Assembly: GCF_035084215.1 (NCBI RefSeq)
Contig: NC_090348.1
Location: 31,310,001 to 31,374,000 of the forward strand
Source: Heptranchias perlo
Taxonomy: Eukaryota
Reading direction: 5' to 3'
Length of the DNA: 64,000 nucleotides
Below, piece after piece: positions 24,601 to 38,300 of this stretch. Numbering within the stretch: position 1 is the stretch's first letter; every line of letters begins with the position of its first letter. A program made the translations under genes and the position numbers. A model generated the notes under the pieces. That model worked only from the letters and a program-made list of their open reading frames with translations, had not been told where the DNA came from and did not search any database.

Positions 24601-25392
24601 AGGTTGGAGTTATGTGTTTGCTGGGAGAAGCAGCCTCACATAGTACAGGAAGTTAAAGGGGCCACTTCCTTCCTGGTTGCAGAGTACAAATCGTGTTTTT
24701 CTTTGAAGGAGCCCTTTGGGAGACCAGATGTTCCACCACGTTTAAAAAGTAATTTTAAGGGGACCAAATGGTGCCATTATCAGTGTTCTTTCATCTCTGG
24801 AGGTGGGTGTAAATCCAGATTAATGGGATGAAAATCTCTATTTGCTGTTGACTTTTAAGGGTCCTATGCTATGAATTTGGGAAATCTAGCCCATGCTGTA
24901 CCTAACTTACGAGGGCATTACACCGACACCACATGCTGATAACGGAAATCTGTTCCATTTATTAAAACTGATGAGCATTGGTGCTTAAGGTAGTCAATGT
25001 AAAAAAAGAAATAGAAATAGCAGCATAGCACCACTTTTACACCGTAGCCCTAATTTTGCAAGCTCGGAAAAATCTGTACAAGCCAGTCCACAGTGCAGAG
25101 AGATGGCCGGGACCAATTTTTGGAGTCATTTAAATATTAGCTCAAACTCTCATCACAGCATAGGCCTCGCACTAGCAGATCATCTAATGGGGAATGCACA
25201 CACAAAGGTAAGTGGCTACATTCGGGGGCAAATATTGTTTCAGCTTTTATAAATATTAAAATTAATTTTTTTAGGTATTTGTCAACCTTTGTCGTGGCTA
25301 GGAGATTTAGTTGGGGGGAGGAGGGGTGGAAGGTAGGTGGACAAGCACAAGCAGGCAAAAATGAAGTGAAAAGAAACCCAATGTTGAAGCAC

Positions 25393-26080
25393 AAAACAGG
25401 AACAGGAGTAGGCCATTCAACCCCTTGAGCCTGTGCTGCCAATCAATTAGATCATGGCTGATCTGTATCTTAACTCCATTTACCTGCCTTGGTTCCATAT
25501 CCCTTAATACCTTTGCCTGACAAAAATCTATCCATTCCAGTTTTGAAATTTTCAATTGACCCAGCCTCAACAGCTTTTTGGAGCGAGTGTTCCAGATTTC
25601 CACTGCCCTTTGTGTGACACCCCTGAACAGCCTAGCTCCAATTTTAAAGGTTATGCCGCTTTGTTCGAGGAAAGAGTTTTTCTCTATCTACCCTATCAAA
25701 TCCTTTAATCATCTTAAACACCTCAATTACATCACCAGTTAATCATCTATACTCCACAGAAGACAAGCCTAGTCTATACAACCGTTCCTCATGATTTAAC
25801 CCTTTTAGCCCAGGTATCATTCTGGTGAAACTGCGCTGCACTCCCTCCAAAGCCAATATATCCTTCCTGAGGTGCTTTGCCCAGAACTGAACGCAGTAGT
25901 CCAGGTGCGGTCTAACCAGAGCTTTATACAACTGTAGCATAACTTCCACTCCTTTGTATTCCAGCCCCCTTGAGATGAAGACCAACATTTCATTAGCCTT
26001 TTAAATTTTTTTTTGTACCTGTCCGCTAGTTTTTAAGTGATTTCTGTACATGGACCCCAAAATCTCTCCGCTCCTCTGCA
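25393..26080 (-). mobile_element. CR1 LINE 3' fragment
   Basis: ISRGLEYKGVEVMLQLYKALVRPHLDYCVQFW plus 3'UTR ending tggcctactcctgttcctgttttg. Confidence 0.9.
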
Positions 26081-28634
26081 TGAGCTGGGTGTGAGGAGGA
26101 CTGCCCTGTTTGGCACTTCATATCATGCCCAGAGAACAATACACCTAGCCTTTCAGATGGCAGCAGCCAGGCTCAATAGTCTGTACATATGAGTGCTTTG
26201 TACGATGCCCTGTACTCTTAGGAACACTGGCATCCAGGAAACATGGTCAGGCTGTTGTCTCCTTTCCATAGGGAAAGTGATGAATCTCTGTCAATTATGG
26301 CTCATAAGCCGACTGGTTAATGTGCAATGTGCCACCAGTGATGGTTTGCAAGGATTTGGTGGCATACCACTAGAAGAGTCGTCCCTCTATATAAATGCAA
26401 TTTCCTTCTTTTGAAAAAGACATTGGCACTCAGGCCCGAAGCTTCTTATGAGAACAGAGGGCTGAGCCAGTGATTTTCAATTCCCCCTAAAGATAGATAA
26501 TAAAAGGAACAATAATCGGGTTCGAGCCTTGACTTGTGATAGACAAACTACTTGAAATCAACTGACTGCCTGGAACGTTCAAGATGAAGGGGAGATAATT
26601 CTCGTTTTTAAACTGATCTATCATCACTCTGTTTGAGGTGGCTTTGTGGACAGGCAGTCTTTACACTTCTCATCATGATCAGCCTATGATCATGACAGAC
26701 TATAAAGCTTTATGGCTTCGGATAATATTTCTCAGATTCTTAGTTGACATTTGAAGACAGGAGGCCAACCATATTACGAGTTAATGGAGCTCTCACAGGG
26801 ATTTCTATTTTCTAAAGGTTAGTCTATTGCTTCTTAGAGTAGTCCAAAGTATACAATGTGGCTCCATAATGATTCAAAATCGGACAAGATATATCCTGCT
26901 AAAAAGCAAAATACCGCAAATGCTGGAAATCTATTAAAAAACAGGACATATAGGACCCTCAGCAACTGTGGAGTGAACAGTTGATGTTAAGTGTTTGTAC
27001 CCTTACTAAAACTGAAAAATAAGAGAGGACAAGTATATTAATAGAATCAAAAAATGAGAAAGGAGGGAGAGAAGGACAAGGAAACAGAGGAAATATGAAT
27101 GGAATGATATTTGGATGATGTAGCAGATCATCTCTGCTGAATAATGGAAAGAAGCATAAAATAACTAAAAGGCCTTAAAGGAACAGCAATGGCGGTGGGA
27201 GGCCAAAAGGAAAAAGCAAGAAAATCGGAGAGATAGCAAACAAGGGAATCAGGTTTGAAATTTTAAAACAGTAGATGCAGTGTAGAGAACAGTGTTATTG
27301 GTTTAATACTTCGAGCCTTGGAGTAAAGGTTTCAGAGTGGCTTAAATAATAACACAAAGGGCATAATATCATTGAATACAGAATTTGTCACAAGATTCAT
27401 TTTATTGTAAAGAGCCACTTTCCAACTCGGTTCTGTGCTTTTGAGGTTTCACTTTCGCACTGATTGAACCGCCCTGTCTCTGCTTATGGTATGGAGTTAT
27501 TTTATCAGCAGGTGGGTGAAAGCAGCGGACACGTTTGATCGGACAAAACCCTCTCGCTCCTCCAACATTTTCAGTGCATCTGTTTCTGCGCAGGTACTTT
27601 GACAACCTGAAGGTTTCTTGTGGTGAGAGGGGTTGTGGGTGGGGCGGGGGTGACTTAAAAACGTTAGGGGAAAAAAACTGGCCTTGCTCGTGATGCCAGA
27701 ACAAAGTAATAATACCACCAAGAAATTTACTAATTTCTTCTGGCAGCCTCTTAGTATATAGCATCTATATTAAAACTCCTTTCCCCTACTTGGTAGTGGA
27801 ATGTTAAAACACATGTGGTAATATGGGGGAGGGGAAGGTTTGACATTCACATTAATTTACTGAGGTTGAATTCCCGTCACTGAATGAGATTCTTTCCAAA
27901 TTACACTTCGGAGGTATACAATCGTTTGCAAGCTTCAAAAATATTCATCATGAGGAAATCAAAAACCTGATTCAGAATCTGGATGTATTTAAATGAAGCT
28001 TATTCTTTTGGTTTTGTCTGTTCTTGAACGTGGTGTTCATGCCATTGATTTCTCTTCTCCAGCTCTATACATTCAACATTTTAATAATTTGAAGAAGTGA
28101 TTTTAAAAAAAATTGTAGCATCCCTTCATCAATATAACTTTCAAAAATTGTTGCATTAGGTCACAGCCTGACCTTTGACATGCTAGTGACAGATGATTAA
28201 TAGGATTTATATCGCTGCTGTAAGTCTACCACAGTCTGCTGCAGCTTCCCAGAAATCAGATCAGAAAAACAAATAGCAGAAACCCACTAGTCCATGTAGC
28301 TTCTTGCCATCCTGCCTATTCTAAGTCAAGATTTCAGCTCTTTATTTAAAGTTAGGAATTTTCCTCTTTCGTCACATCACAAATACTGGAATTTTCTATA
28401 AACGATTAAAAGGCAGACTGTTGTCAGGAATTCTCGATAGAAAAACCTCTGTCTAGAAACACAATGCCAATTCCAAAAGTATCCAAAACAAAAATTCCAA
28501 AGCACTTTAGTCATTTTCAACAGTTATTTAAAAGGGAAATTTATAATCGACAGCAGCTCATTTTTGAAACTATCCCAAACAACTGAAATAGAAAGAAAAA
28601 CCGAATACTGACAATTGGAAATAAATAAATACTG

Positions 28635-28762
28635 AAAATTCTGGAAATACACATCAGGTCAGTCAACATCTGAAAGAGGAAGATGTGTTAACCTTTAGGA
28701 TGGGGTCTTTCAGTAGTTCTGATGCTGGCTGACCTCTGTGTGCTCCATCACTTTCTGCTTTT
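28635..28762. mobile_element. Palindromic derivative of the Penelope pLTR-like short element
   Basis: Arms ctggaaatacacatcaggtcagtcaacatc (28641-28670) and gatgctggctgacctctgtgtgctcca (28721-28747) are imperfect reverse complements and are homologous to 50080-50112. Confidence 0.6.
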
Positions 28763-30414
28763 ACCGTTGTAAAATTACAATGAGACTCATAACTATTTTC
28801 ACTTTTACTGCTCATCCCCCTCCTTCCTCACAGTTAATCCTTTGCTTTGTGCAGATGTCAGCCTTGGATCAGTGGATCCAAATTGGTATTTAGGCATTCA
28901 ATTTAGAGAAAAAGAGTCTGCTATGGAAGAAATCCATTGTCCTTAAGACTCCCAAACAGCACAAGTTCTCAGCAGACCAAGTAAATCTAAACTGAGAAGT
29001 AATTACAAGGAGATCTCTGTTCTAAGGAGGATTATAAAGTGCAGCATAGAGAGAAGCAAAGTTTAAGGCAAACCATTTAGAAGATTTGGGGAATAAGGGT
29101 AACAAGACAAGTAAGGAATCAAAATGGCGGTAAAGATTGATGTAAATTCATAGAGGGTGTAGTTGACAGAAGGTTAACTGAAAGAAGATAAACTAAGGGA
29201 CAAAAAAAACAAAGGGCCATACATGCAAATCAAAAGCAAAAAAAGAGGGTGAATGAAATAAGTAAAATCTAAAGGAGAACAGGGGAGAGAAGCAAAAATA
29301 AAATGGAAGTCAAGAGGTGTGTTTGCTATGGGATGTTTACAGAAGAAAAAGCCATGTTTAGTAGACAAGCTAAAAGATGTGAAAGTTGCCTATTGATCAT
29401 ACGAACATATTTTTAAAAAAGGATAAGAAAAGACAGTTGGTCCATTGAGCCTGTTATTTACGGTCATGTGATGTCTACACACCACCACACTCATCTGCCT
29501 GCCCCCCTTCATCTACTTTCAGACAGGACAGCTGAGAAAAATCCAGCAACAGTCTTACTGAATATCCTGACAAAATATCTCAATATAAGCAAATGTATTA
29601 AATGAGATGAAATTATGAATCTACAAATAACAATTACATAGATCATAAAAGACTCTTCAACAGCTACATAGATTAAGAACTCTTGAAGCTTGCGGTTGGG
29701 GGAAGAAATAAATCAAATTGAACTACTTGATAAATTCATTCTACTAGGCTTCAAAAAGAACTTACCCTGTTTGAGTTAACCGAACATCTCCATAAATAAT
29801 GCTGCAATGTGTGCTCACTATAGTCAGCTTTCAGCATCAGTCATGCGAGAAAACCTAGCGTCAAATTACTTTTCCAATTGCACCATTACTAAACAATGTT
29901 GGCACTGACCACACACACAATATCCATATCGTCATTAGCCGTGATGAGCCTTATCCTATACAACACTGTTGAAAAAGACAGCATATACTCTATTAATGTG
30001 GCAAGGGATGCATTGGAAATACTTTAAAAAGTTTTATTCCACTCTGATGGCAAATCAATGTCACTATACTCCCTAAAATCTTAAACAGCACTGAAAACGC
30101 ATTTGAATTGTCAGCTTCAAACTACCAAATGAAGTAAGTTATAGCATGATGATGTTAAATTTAGTCCTGGACACTATCTGCCTTTGCTGGATTATATAGA
30201 ATATAAAAACCTTGCATCTGTACGCATTTCCTGTCTGTGTCACTTGACTACCTATTGTCACATTTTTGTCACACTTTTAGTGCCAACTTTGTCCATTATA
30301 AATTCCTACGTCCAGATTTATTATGCTTTGCCGATGTAAATTTGTCAAACTGATTGCATAATCATGGGTGACCCAGAGGTAGATTTCTGAGCTGTCATAT
30401 GGCAGCTTGGCCAC

Positions 30415-30760
30415 AGGTGGTGGTGAGATAGAGCTGGGTGTCGTTAGTGTACATGTGGAACCTAACACTGTTTTCAGATGACATTGCCAAGGTGCAACAT
30501 GTAGATGAGAAATAGGAGGGGGCCAAGCAAAGATCCTTGGGGGACTCCAGAGATAATTGCAGGAGATTCTCTGGCTACGACTGGATAGATAAGAAAGTGC
30601 AACCAGATGAGAGCAGCCCCACTCAGCTATACAAACGGAGGAGAGGCGTTGGATGAGGATGGTGTGGTCGACTATGTCGGAAGGCTGCACAGAGGTCGAG
30701 AAGGATAAGGAGGGATAGTGCACCACTGTCACAGTCACGGAGGATGTCATTTGTGACTTT
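30415..30760 (-). mobile_element. L2 LINE RT fragment
   Basis: Clear homology to 6340-6700 (ggtgagatagagctgggtgtcg, gtagatgagaaataggagggggccaag). Confidence 0.88.
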
Positions 30761-31019
30761 GGCTCCCTGGGCTAGAAACAGAAAAAAAAACACACATGAC
30801 CATGGCCAGGGTTCCTGCTCCTGACTGTTCTCCAGCTGCCCCTGCTGAAAGTGGGTGGATGCCAGATGAGGACAGGGTCAGCTGTGGTGATACCTACTCA
30901 CTCACTCTCCAAAGCATGGAGCACCACAAGAGAGGCGGCAGCAGAATCGGCAGAGCACGAAGCACCGTGGGAGATGCTGAGGAGAAGGTTTAAAAAAGAG
31001 CGGCACCAGGGAAGAGGCA

Positions 31020-32790
31020 GAGGAGAGAATTTAAAAAGAGCAGCGGCAGCAGAATCATCTCCCTATAAAAGGGTGAAATCAAAAAGAAACAAAAAAAAAA
31101 TCAAGGAGTGACATTAAAGGACAACAGTTGGATGATTGATTGTGAGTATTATCATTTTTTTTTGCTAAGTTAGGGCAGTGGTTTAAACTAAGAGCTGGGA
31201 AACTATAACTATTATTACATTAATAACTTAAACTAGATAAACTATTTAGTTAATAAAACCAAAAATATCAAGTGAATAAAAACTTTAACTAATTAAATAT
31301 ATAAAACAAGGCTAGATAGGGATGGCAGGGCAGGTGGTGTGTCATAACTGCAGCACGTGCGAGATGGTGGAGACCAGCGAGATCCTGAGCAACCAAATCT
31401 GCAGCTCGAGGAACTTCGGCTCAGAGTTGTTGAACTGGAGTCCGAGCTGCAGACATTGTGATGCATCAGGGAGGGGGAGAATTATGTGGACACCTTGATC
31501 CAGGAGGCAGTCACACCCCTTAGGTTAGGTAGTAGTTTACATTTAGTCTGTGGGCAGGGACAGGAGGATGTGACTGCGAGCCAGGCAAGTATGGGAACCC
31601 AGGATGCAGTGACGGAGGAGCCTGAGCCTTTGACCTTGAAAATGCTGGAATCTATTATTAAGGACATAGTAATGGGGCACTTAGGAAATCATAATATGAT
31701 TAGACAGAGTCAACGTGGTTTTATGAAAGGGAGATCATGTTTGACAAATCTACTGGAATTTTTTGAGGATGTAATTAGCAAGGTAGATAAAGGGGGACCA
31801 GTGGGTGTAGTATATTTGGATTTTCAGAAGGCATTTGATAAGGTGCCACACAAAAGGTTGTTACACAAGATAAGGGCTCATGTGGTTGGGGGTTGTATAT
31901 TAGCATGGATAGAAAACAGTAGGACTAATTGGGTCATTTTCGGGTTGGCAGGCTGTAACTAGTTGGGTGCCGCAAAGATCAGTGCTTGGGCCTCAGCTAT
32001 TTACAATCTATACCAATGACTCAGATGAAGGGACTGAGTGTAATTAAATGGTGAGAAACTATGTTGGCGTTTAGAGGGATTTGGATGTCCTGTACACAAA
32101 ACACAGAAAGTTAACATGCAGGTATAGCAAGCAATTAGGAAGGCCAATGGTACGTTGGCCTTTATTGCAAGGGGTTAGAGTGCAAGAGTAAGCTAGTCTT
32201 GCTGCAATTATACGGGGCTTTGGTGAGATCACACTTGGAGTACTGGGTACAGTTTTGGTCTCCTTATCTAAGGATTTACTTGCCTTAGAAGCAGTGCAAC
32301 GAAGTTTCACTAGGTTGATTCCTGGGATGAGAGGCTTGTCTTATGAGGTGACTGAGTAGAATGAGCATATATTCTCTGGAGTTTAGAAGAATGAAGTGAA
32401 ATTGCAACATAAGATTCCGAGAGGGCTTGACAGGGTAGATGCTGAGAGGCTGTTTCCCCTGACTGGAGAGTCTAGAACTAGGTGGCATAGTCTCAGGATA
32501 AGGGGTCGGACATTTAGGACTGAGATGAGGAGGAATTTCTTCACTCAGAGGGTTGGGAATCTTTGGAATTCTCTATCCCAGAGGGTTGTGGATGCTCAGT
32601 CGTTGAGTACATTCAAGGCCGAGATCAATAGATTTTTGGACACTAAGGGCATCAAGGGATATGGGGATCGGGCAGGAAAGTGGAGTTGAGGTCGAAGAGC
32701 AGCCATGATCTTATTGAATGGCCGAGCAGGCTCGAGGGGTCGTATGGCCTACTCCTGCTCCTGTTTCTTATGTTCATGTTCTTATGTTCT
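31020..32790 (+). mobile_element. CR1 LINE with large internal deletion (5'UTR + ORF1 N-terminus joined to RT + 3'UTR)
   Basis: ATG at 31322 gives MAGQVVCHNCSTCEMVE followed by a coiled-coil stretch (LRLRVVELESELQTL). Abrupt junction at ~31637 into KMLESIIKD...GRSCLTNLLEFFE...YLDFQKAFDKVPH. CR1 tail ttcttatgttct at ~32790. Confidence 0.9.
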
Positions 32791-33598
32791 ACACATTAAA
32801 AAATGCCACTTTATCAAAGTACAGCAGAGCCACTGCCACTCAGAGTGGTGTGTGCTCATTAAGGTCAGCTTTCAATGTAAGGAGTCACCTTCAGAAGGGG
32901 AGGGGGGTGAGGAAAGGGGGAAAAATGAGGACTCAAAGAAAAATACATCTTTGTTTGCCAAACACAAAGAAGTAACGATGTAGATCACATTGAAAATAAT
33001 AACACGATTTGCCTTTTTTCTCCACCAAATGCATTAACAGCACCTCCGAGGTAACCATAAACACATTGCTTTAGAAGCACCAATTCTGAACACTAAACAT
33101 GTTTATACCTGTATTTTTATTCAACTCAGCCATACTGTATAGGTTTAAACAAACATCTAGTGCCTGTAAGCTAAAATCTAATCTTTCATGGAGTCTACAT
33201 ATACAGAAACCAGTTATTCAACTCAAAGTTTAACGGTCAAACTAGAGTACAGCAAGTTATTTTAAAAGCACAAACTTAGTAAAAATCGGTATCAAATGCC
33301 TAAAAGCTTACACACAATTTGTACTGAGGCAGTCAATCACTCAGGCGTGCACAAGATTTGGGAGTTGCAGCTTTAAGTAACCCAACATTTTGAATTCCTT
33401 TTTACCCAGCCAGTGCAGACGATCATCAATTTTGTTCAAACATTTGTGATTCATTTTATTGTGGTCCTAAATTATTGTGGTCCTAAATTCCAACATTGTG
33501 TGTCATCAGGGAAGTTACAGCAAGTCAAATCAAATCAAAACAAGTTTCTGGATAGCTAAGGACACACTAAAGTCACAGAAACAGCACTTTAGTCAGTA

Positions 33599-34087
33599 GT
33601 GAGTGCAGCTCCAACAACACGCAAGAAGCTCGACACCATCCAGGACAAAGCAGCCCACTTGATTGGCACCCCATCCACCACCCTAAACATTCACTCCCTT
33701 CACCACCAGCGCACAGTGGCTGCAGTGTGTACCATCTACAGGATGCACTGCAGCAACTCGCCAAGGCTTCTTCGACAGCACCTCCCAAACCTGCGACCTC
33801 TACCACCTAGAAGGACAAGGGCAGCACACACATGGGAACACCACCACCTGCACGTTCCCCTCCAAGTCACACACCATCCCGACTTGGAAATATATCGCCG
33901 TTCCTTCATCGTCGCTGGGTCAAAATCCTGGAACTCCCTGCCTAACAGCACTGTGGGAGAACCTTCATCACACGGACTTCAGCGGTTCAAGAAGGCAGCT
34001 CACCACCACCTTCTCAAGGGCAATTAGGGATGGGCAATAAATGCTGGCCTTGCCAGGGACGCCCACGTCCCATGAACGAATAAAAAA
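33599..34087 (+). mobile_element. 3' fragment of second APE-RT LINE family (CR1/L2 group)
   Basis: SAAPTTRKKLDTIQDKAA...WNSLP. Tail gggcaataaatgctggcc...catgaacgaataaaaaa; same family as 42265-45645 and 47890-49450. Confidence 0.88.
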
Positions 34088-34852
34088 GTATAAAACAGAA
34101 AATGGAATTTATACACCTGGGTGAATTTACTGCACCCCACTAATATATGTGGAAAGGGAAGCTAGGTAATATCATTAATACTTATACTTTTATAATAGAA
34201 AGGAAAGTTATTAAATAAGGGAATAACTTATTCTAAACACTTGAGCATCATTTTGTCACCCAGCCAGATACATTAAGCTGCAAGACCCAAATCTTGTGCA
34301 ACTTCACGTTCCAAGATCATGCGATAATGAAGTACCTCATCCACTACCAGCACACTGCCTATGATCCTCCAATACACACTGGCGGTGGGTGAGGTGTCTT
34401 ACAGACTCAGAAAATTTAGGCATAAATGTGGACGTGGCGTCTAAATAGAGAGTTACACTGAGTGGAAGGTATGATTTATACTCCACTGTGAATTAAAGGA
34501 GTGGTAGTTCTCAATTTGCTGCTGTTGAGGACAATCACTAATACAGTAATTCTACCACTAACATTATGTCAGATTATAATATACAATTTTGCAGATTAAA
34601 AAAAATCTAATTACAGTTGTTTCTTTTGCTACCATGATATTTTGAATGTGCTAGGATCAAGCGGATAGCCACTGGAGATTCACACTGACCTGCAGTTTGA
34701 AAATTTAAGTTTATATAGTGACTTCAATATAGTAACAAAATGTTCCAAGGTACATCACAGAGAAAGGAGGGAGTGGTAACCAAGCCACAGTAGAACAGTG
34801 TAGGAGAAGAAACTGAAAGCTTGGCCAAAGTGCTGGGTATTTATAAGTCAGA

Positions 34853-35452
34853 GAATCATAGAAGGTTACAGCATGGAAGCAGGCCATTTGGCCCATGGAG
34901 TCAGCGCCAGCTGATTGCATGATGAGCAATCCAGCTAATCTCATTGCCCCGCCCTATCCCCTCGCCCTGCACATTTTTTCCTTTCAAGTATTTATCCAGT
35001 TCCCTTTTGAAGGCCATGATTGAACCTGCCTTCACCACTCCCTCGGGCATTGCATTCCAGATCCTAACCACTTGCTGTGTAAAAAAGTTTTTCCTCATAT
35101 CACCTTTGGTTCTTTTGCCAATCACCTTAAATCTATGTCCTCTGGTTCTTGACCCTTCCGCCAACGGGAACAGTTTCTCTCTATCCACTCTTGTCTAGAC
35201 CCTTCATGATTTTGAACAACTCTACCAAATCTCCTCTCAACCTTCTCTGTTCCAAGGAGAACAATCCCAGCTTCTCCAGTCTATCCATGTAATTTAAGTC
35301 CCTCATCCCTGGAATCATTCTAGTAAATCTCCTCTGCCCCTTCTCTAAGGCCTTCACATCCTTCCTAAAGTGCGGTGCCCAGAACTGGACACAATACTCC
35401 AGTTGTGGCCGAACCAGTGTTTTATAAAGGTTCATCATGACTTCCTTCCTTT
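34853..35452 (-). mobile_element. CR1 LINE 3' fragment
   Basis: LYKTLVRPQLEYCVQFWAPHFRKDV; DREKLFPLAEGSRTRGHRFKV. Confidence 0.92.
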
Positions 35453-35464
35453 TGGAAAGAAATT

Positions 35465-35870
35465 AGAGCTGGTTGTCATCATGGAAGCTAACTCAGTGAC
35501 TGCAGATGATGTCATGGAGAGCATCATATAAATGAGGAAGAGCAGGGGGCCAAGACTTGGGGTATGCCAGATTTGACTGTATTATTTGACATAGTCAACC
35601 ACACTATCCTCCTCCATCATCTTTATGCTTCATGGGAAATCATTTTCCTAATTCCACTCCTACCTGTCCAATGCATTTCCAATAATGGCTTTTAGTCCTG
35701 CTGCCTGGAGAGGTCAAGGAGGGATAAAAGCACTGTTGTCACAGTAACTGAACATATGAATGATATTGATCAGGCTGTTCTCAGTGCTGTGAGCAGGGTT
35801 GAAACCGGAAAAAAAGGGACTCAAACGGGGTTGTAGGAGAGGTGGACATGGAGCTGGCAGAAGCATTTCC
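35465..35870. mobile_element. Rearranged old L2 fragments (both orientations)
   Basis: Minus-strand L2 pieces (gagctggttgtcatc; ggagaggtcaaggagggat) flank a plus-strand piece (tttgacatagtcaaccacactatcctcctcc = FDIVNHTILL). Confidence 0.6.
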
Positions 35871-36427
35871 TAGGCAATTGCATGTGGTACAATGACAGAT
35901 ACAATAGCCGTAATATCATACCCATTATTACTCCCACTTATCCAAAGATGATGCTTAATTGAGAATCTTGGTTCTTAATCATAATAAATGAGGGCATATT
36001 ATGTTTCCATTTAAAATGGATGAAGCAGATTCTTACAAGCAGTTTTAAGTCCAGAACCCTTTCAGTATAAAAAGGTTTCAAAACTTGATTTGTTTCATAA
36101 AGCTTTTGCCAGTTTTTACTACAGGTGATTACAAACTAAGATAGATAAACATCTAAATAGGGACTATGAGTCAATTTACAAGAGTCTTGGAATAATTCCA
36201 AAAGAATTTTTTTTTTAAAAACTTTAGAGCAGACATGCTATACCAAAGTTTTAAAAATTTCAAATGGTAACATAATCACACTGTGTAAATCAAGTGTCTC
36301 ACTTATCCCAACATAAGTAATCAGTACTAAAACAATGGGTTGGTCAGCATCTGTAAATGAAAAAGACAGAGTATTGATGGTCCAGGTATGTAATCCTTCA
36401 CCAGAACTGGTCTCTTTTTTAAAAATC

Positions 36428-37015
36428 TGGGCCAGTTTTTGGCAGGTGGGCAGGAGCAGGAGTTAGAAACTTACCTACTGCTCCAGAAATGAGGCCCAGG
36501 GTATTTTAATTCCTGGATCTCATTTAAATCCCGCTGTTTTTTTGGGTGGGATATTGGCAGGAAGCGACTGATAATCACTCGATTGAGAGGCTGCCCGTGA
36601 AGATCAGGTAAGTGGCGGGGTCAGCTACTAGGGCTGCTGCGGTTGGGAAGAGGGGCACAAGTCTGCGACAGAGCTTTTCTGCGCGGCTTGGAGGAGCACT
36701 TATGCTCCACCTGGGCCCACAAGGAAAATTTTAAAAAAAAACTTACCTTTTTGGTTTGTACCCTGATCACAGCATTGTGACCGCCCTGATCAAAATCATT
36801 GATAAGTTCAGTTACTGTAACAGCGCTTTTATGACAGGAAACCCACTGGAGCCTCCCGCTTAGGCCGCTGAGTTAAAATTGCAGTCAGGTCCCCATGAAG
36901 TCACTGAGATCTGACATGCAAATGTTAGCAAGGACCACAACGGCTCAGTGGAGCAGATTAAATCGCAACCGGTCAGCATCGAGCGGTCCCAGGGTGGATA
37001 AGTAACCTGGGTGAT
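36428..37015. mobile_element. Degenerate GC-rich MITE related to 238-1104
   Basis: Shares ggaggagcact.atgctcc.c..g.cccacaag and cttacct internal motifs with the 238-1104 element. Termini are eroded. Confidence 0.5.
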
Positions 37016-37049
37016 TTTTTTTCTCTCAAAAGTTGAGAAAGAAAAAAGT

Positions 37050-38300
37050 CTAGTTTAAATTATTTTCTAATGCTGTCTCAATGTTCCTTGCAAGTCCCTT
37101 TGTCCCTACTTGGTTTATGTGTAGCCTGTCTCTCCTGTACCATTCCTTTTTATTCTGGAAGGGTTCCCAGTTACTTATGAAAGTATCATTTTTGTTCTCA
37201 CACCATACTGCCTGCCGCTCACTTCCCTCTTCAATTCTTGTGATGAGCTCCTCTCCTTTCCCATACTCAACGTAATCCAGAGAACATAACTTTGAATCCT
37301 CTATCTTCCAGTTTTGAGCCAACCTTGATAAACGGGGCTTTAATATTATTTCTCGCTAGGTCACTTACCCCTGTAGATTTCTACCATTCGTTCTCTGCCT
37401 GATCCCTTCAATATTCTTTCTAACCTTCCCAGGCAGACAACCTACCATCTTGAAGGTATGACAAATGTGACTGTGAACTTTCCTGATCAAAGAATTGCCA
37501 ATGACTACAATCTCTCTGTTGTATATAGGAATAAGCTGGACGAAAAAAGACCGAGGTCCATCTAGTTTGCCTTCTACCATCCTGGTCGTCACGTGATGCA
37601 ATGATAATGGAGTTGTTGACTAATCATAGCGATTAATCGCTATCAATTAGTCTACAACAGACCCAGATATGGAGGTGAGGAAAACTCAAATGGTGGAAAG
37701 CTTTAGGAACCATAGGTCCAAAGTCAGCTGTTCCTCCCAAGCATGCCATACTTACCATTGTGACCTACAAACTGCATCTTAGTCCAGGCTATATTTCTGG
37801 TTTTCTAACTAACTTTACATTTGGGACTTTGTATCCTTCCACAATAATACTGCCTGGTATTTGTTTGCTGGTGTAATCACTTGGATAGTTTCATAAGGTT
37901 TCCTACATTTTTTGCTTCTTTTATCAACTTTAATCCAGGCAGTATTTACCATTACCATGGCTTCTTTCAGCAACTGTTCCTTTGTCATGGCAACACTGTT
38001 CCTGGTTGTACTGTTCCCAGCTCCCTCCCTCAATGTTTACTTTTGAGGTCTGATGCTAGCCTGACCATATCATTTACCTGAGATGCCTCATTTATTGAAT
38101 CTAATAAAATCCACTCACCCACAAAAATTCTCTCACTCCTGTCTGCCCTTATAAGTTCCTGTAACTTGCTCTCTTCTGCTTTTTCTTTAAGTTTACTGAT
38201 TAACAGACAGGTTTTACATCCGTTCACTCTACTACTGTATCTGCCTTTCTCATTTGTGAACATTTCACAGCAAAGACACCTCAAGGACCCCATCTTAGTT
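37050..38300 (-). mobile_element. Divergent CR1-type ORF1 (zinc finger/coiled coil + SGNH esterase), split by an insertion at ~37525-37790
   Basis: CLCCEMF...CKTCLLISKLKEK; NKYQAV; IVVIGNSLIRKV (GDSL-like block I); VGCLPG; FISNWEPF...YRRDRLHINQVGTKGLA (DxxH block V). Confidence 0.75.
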
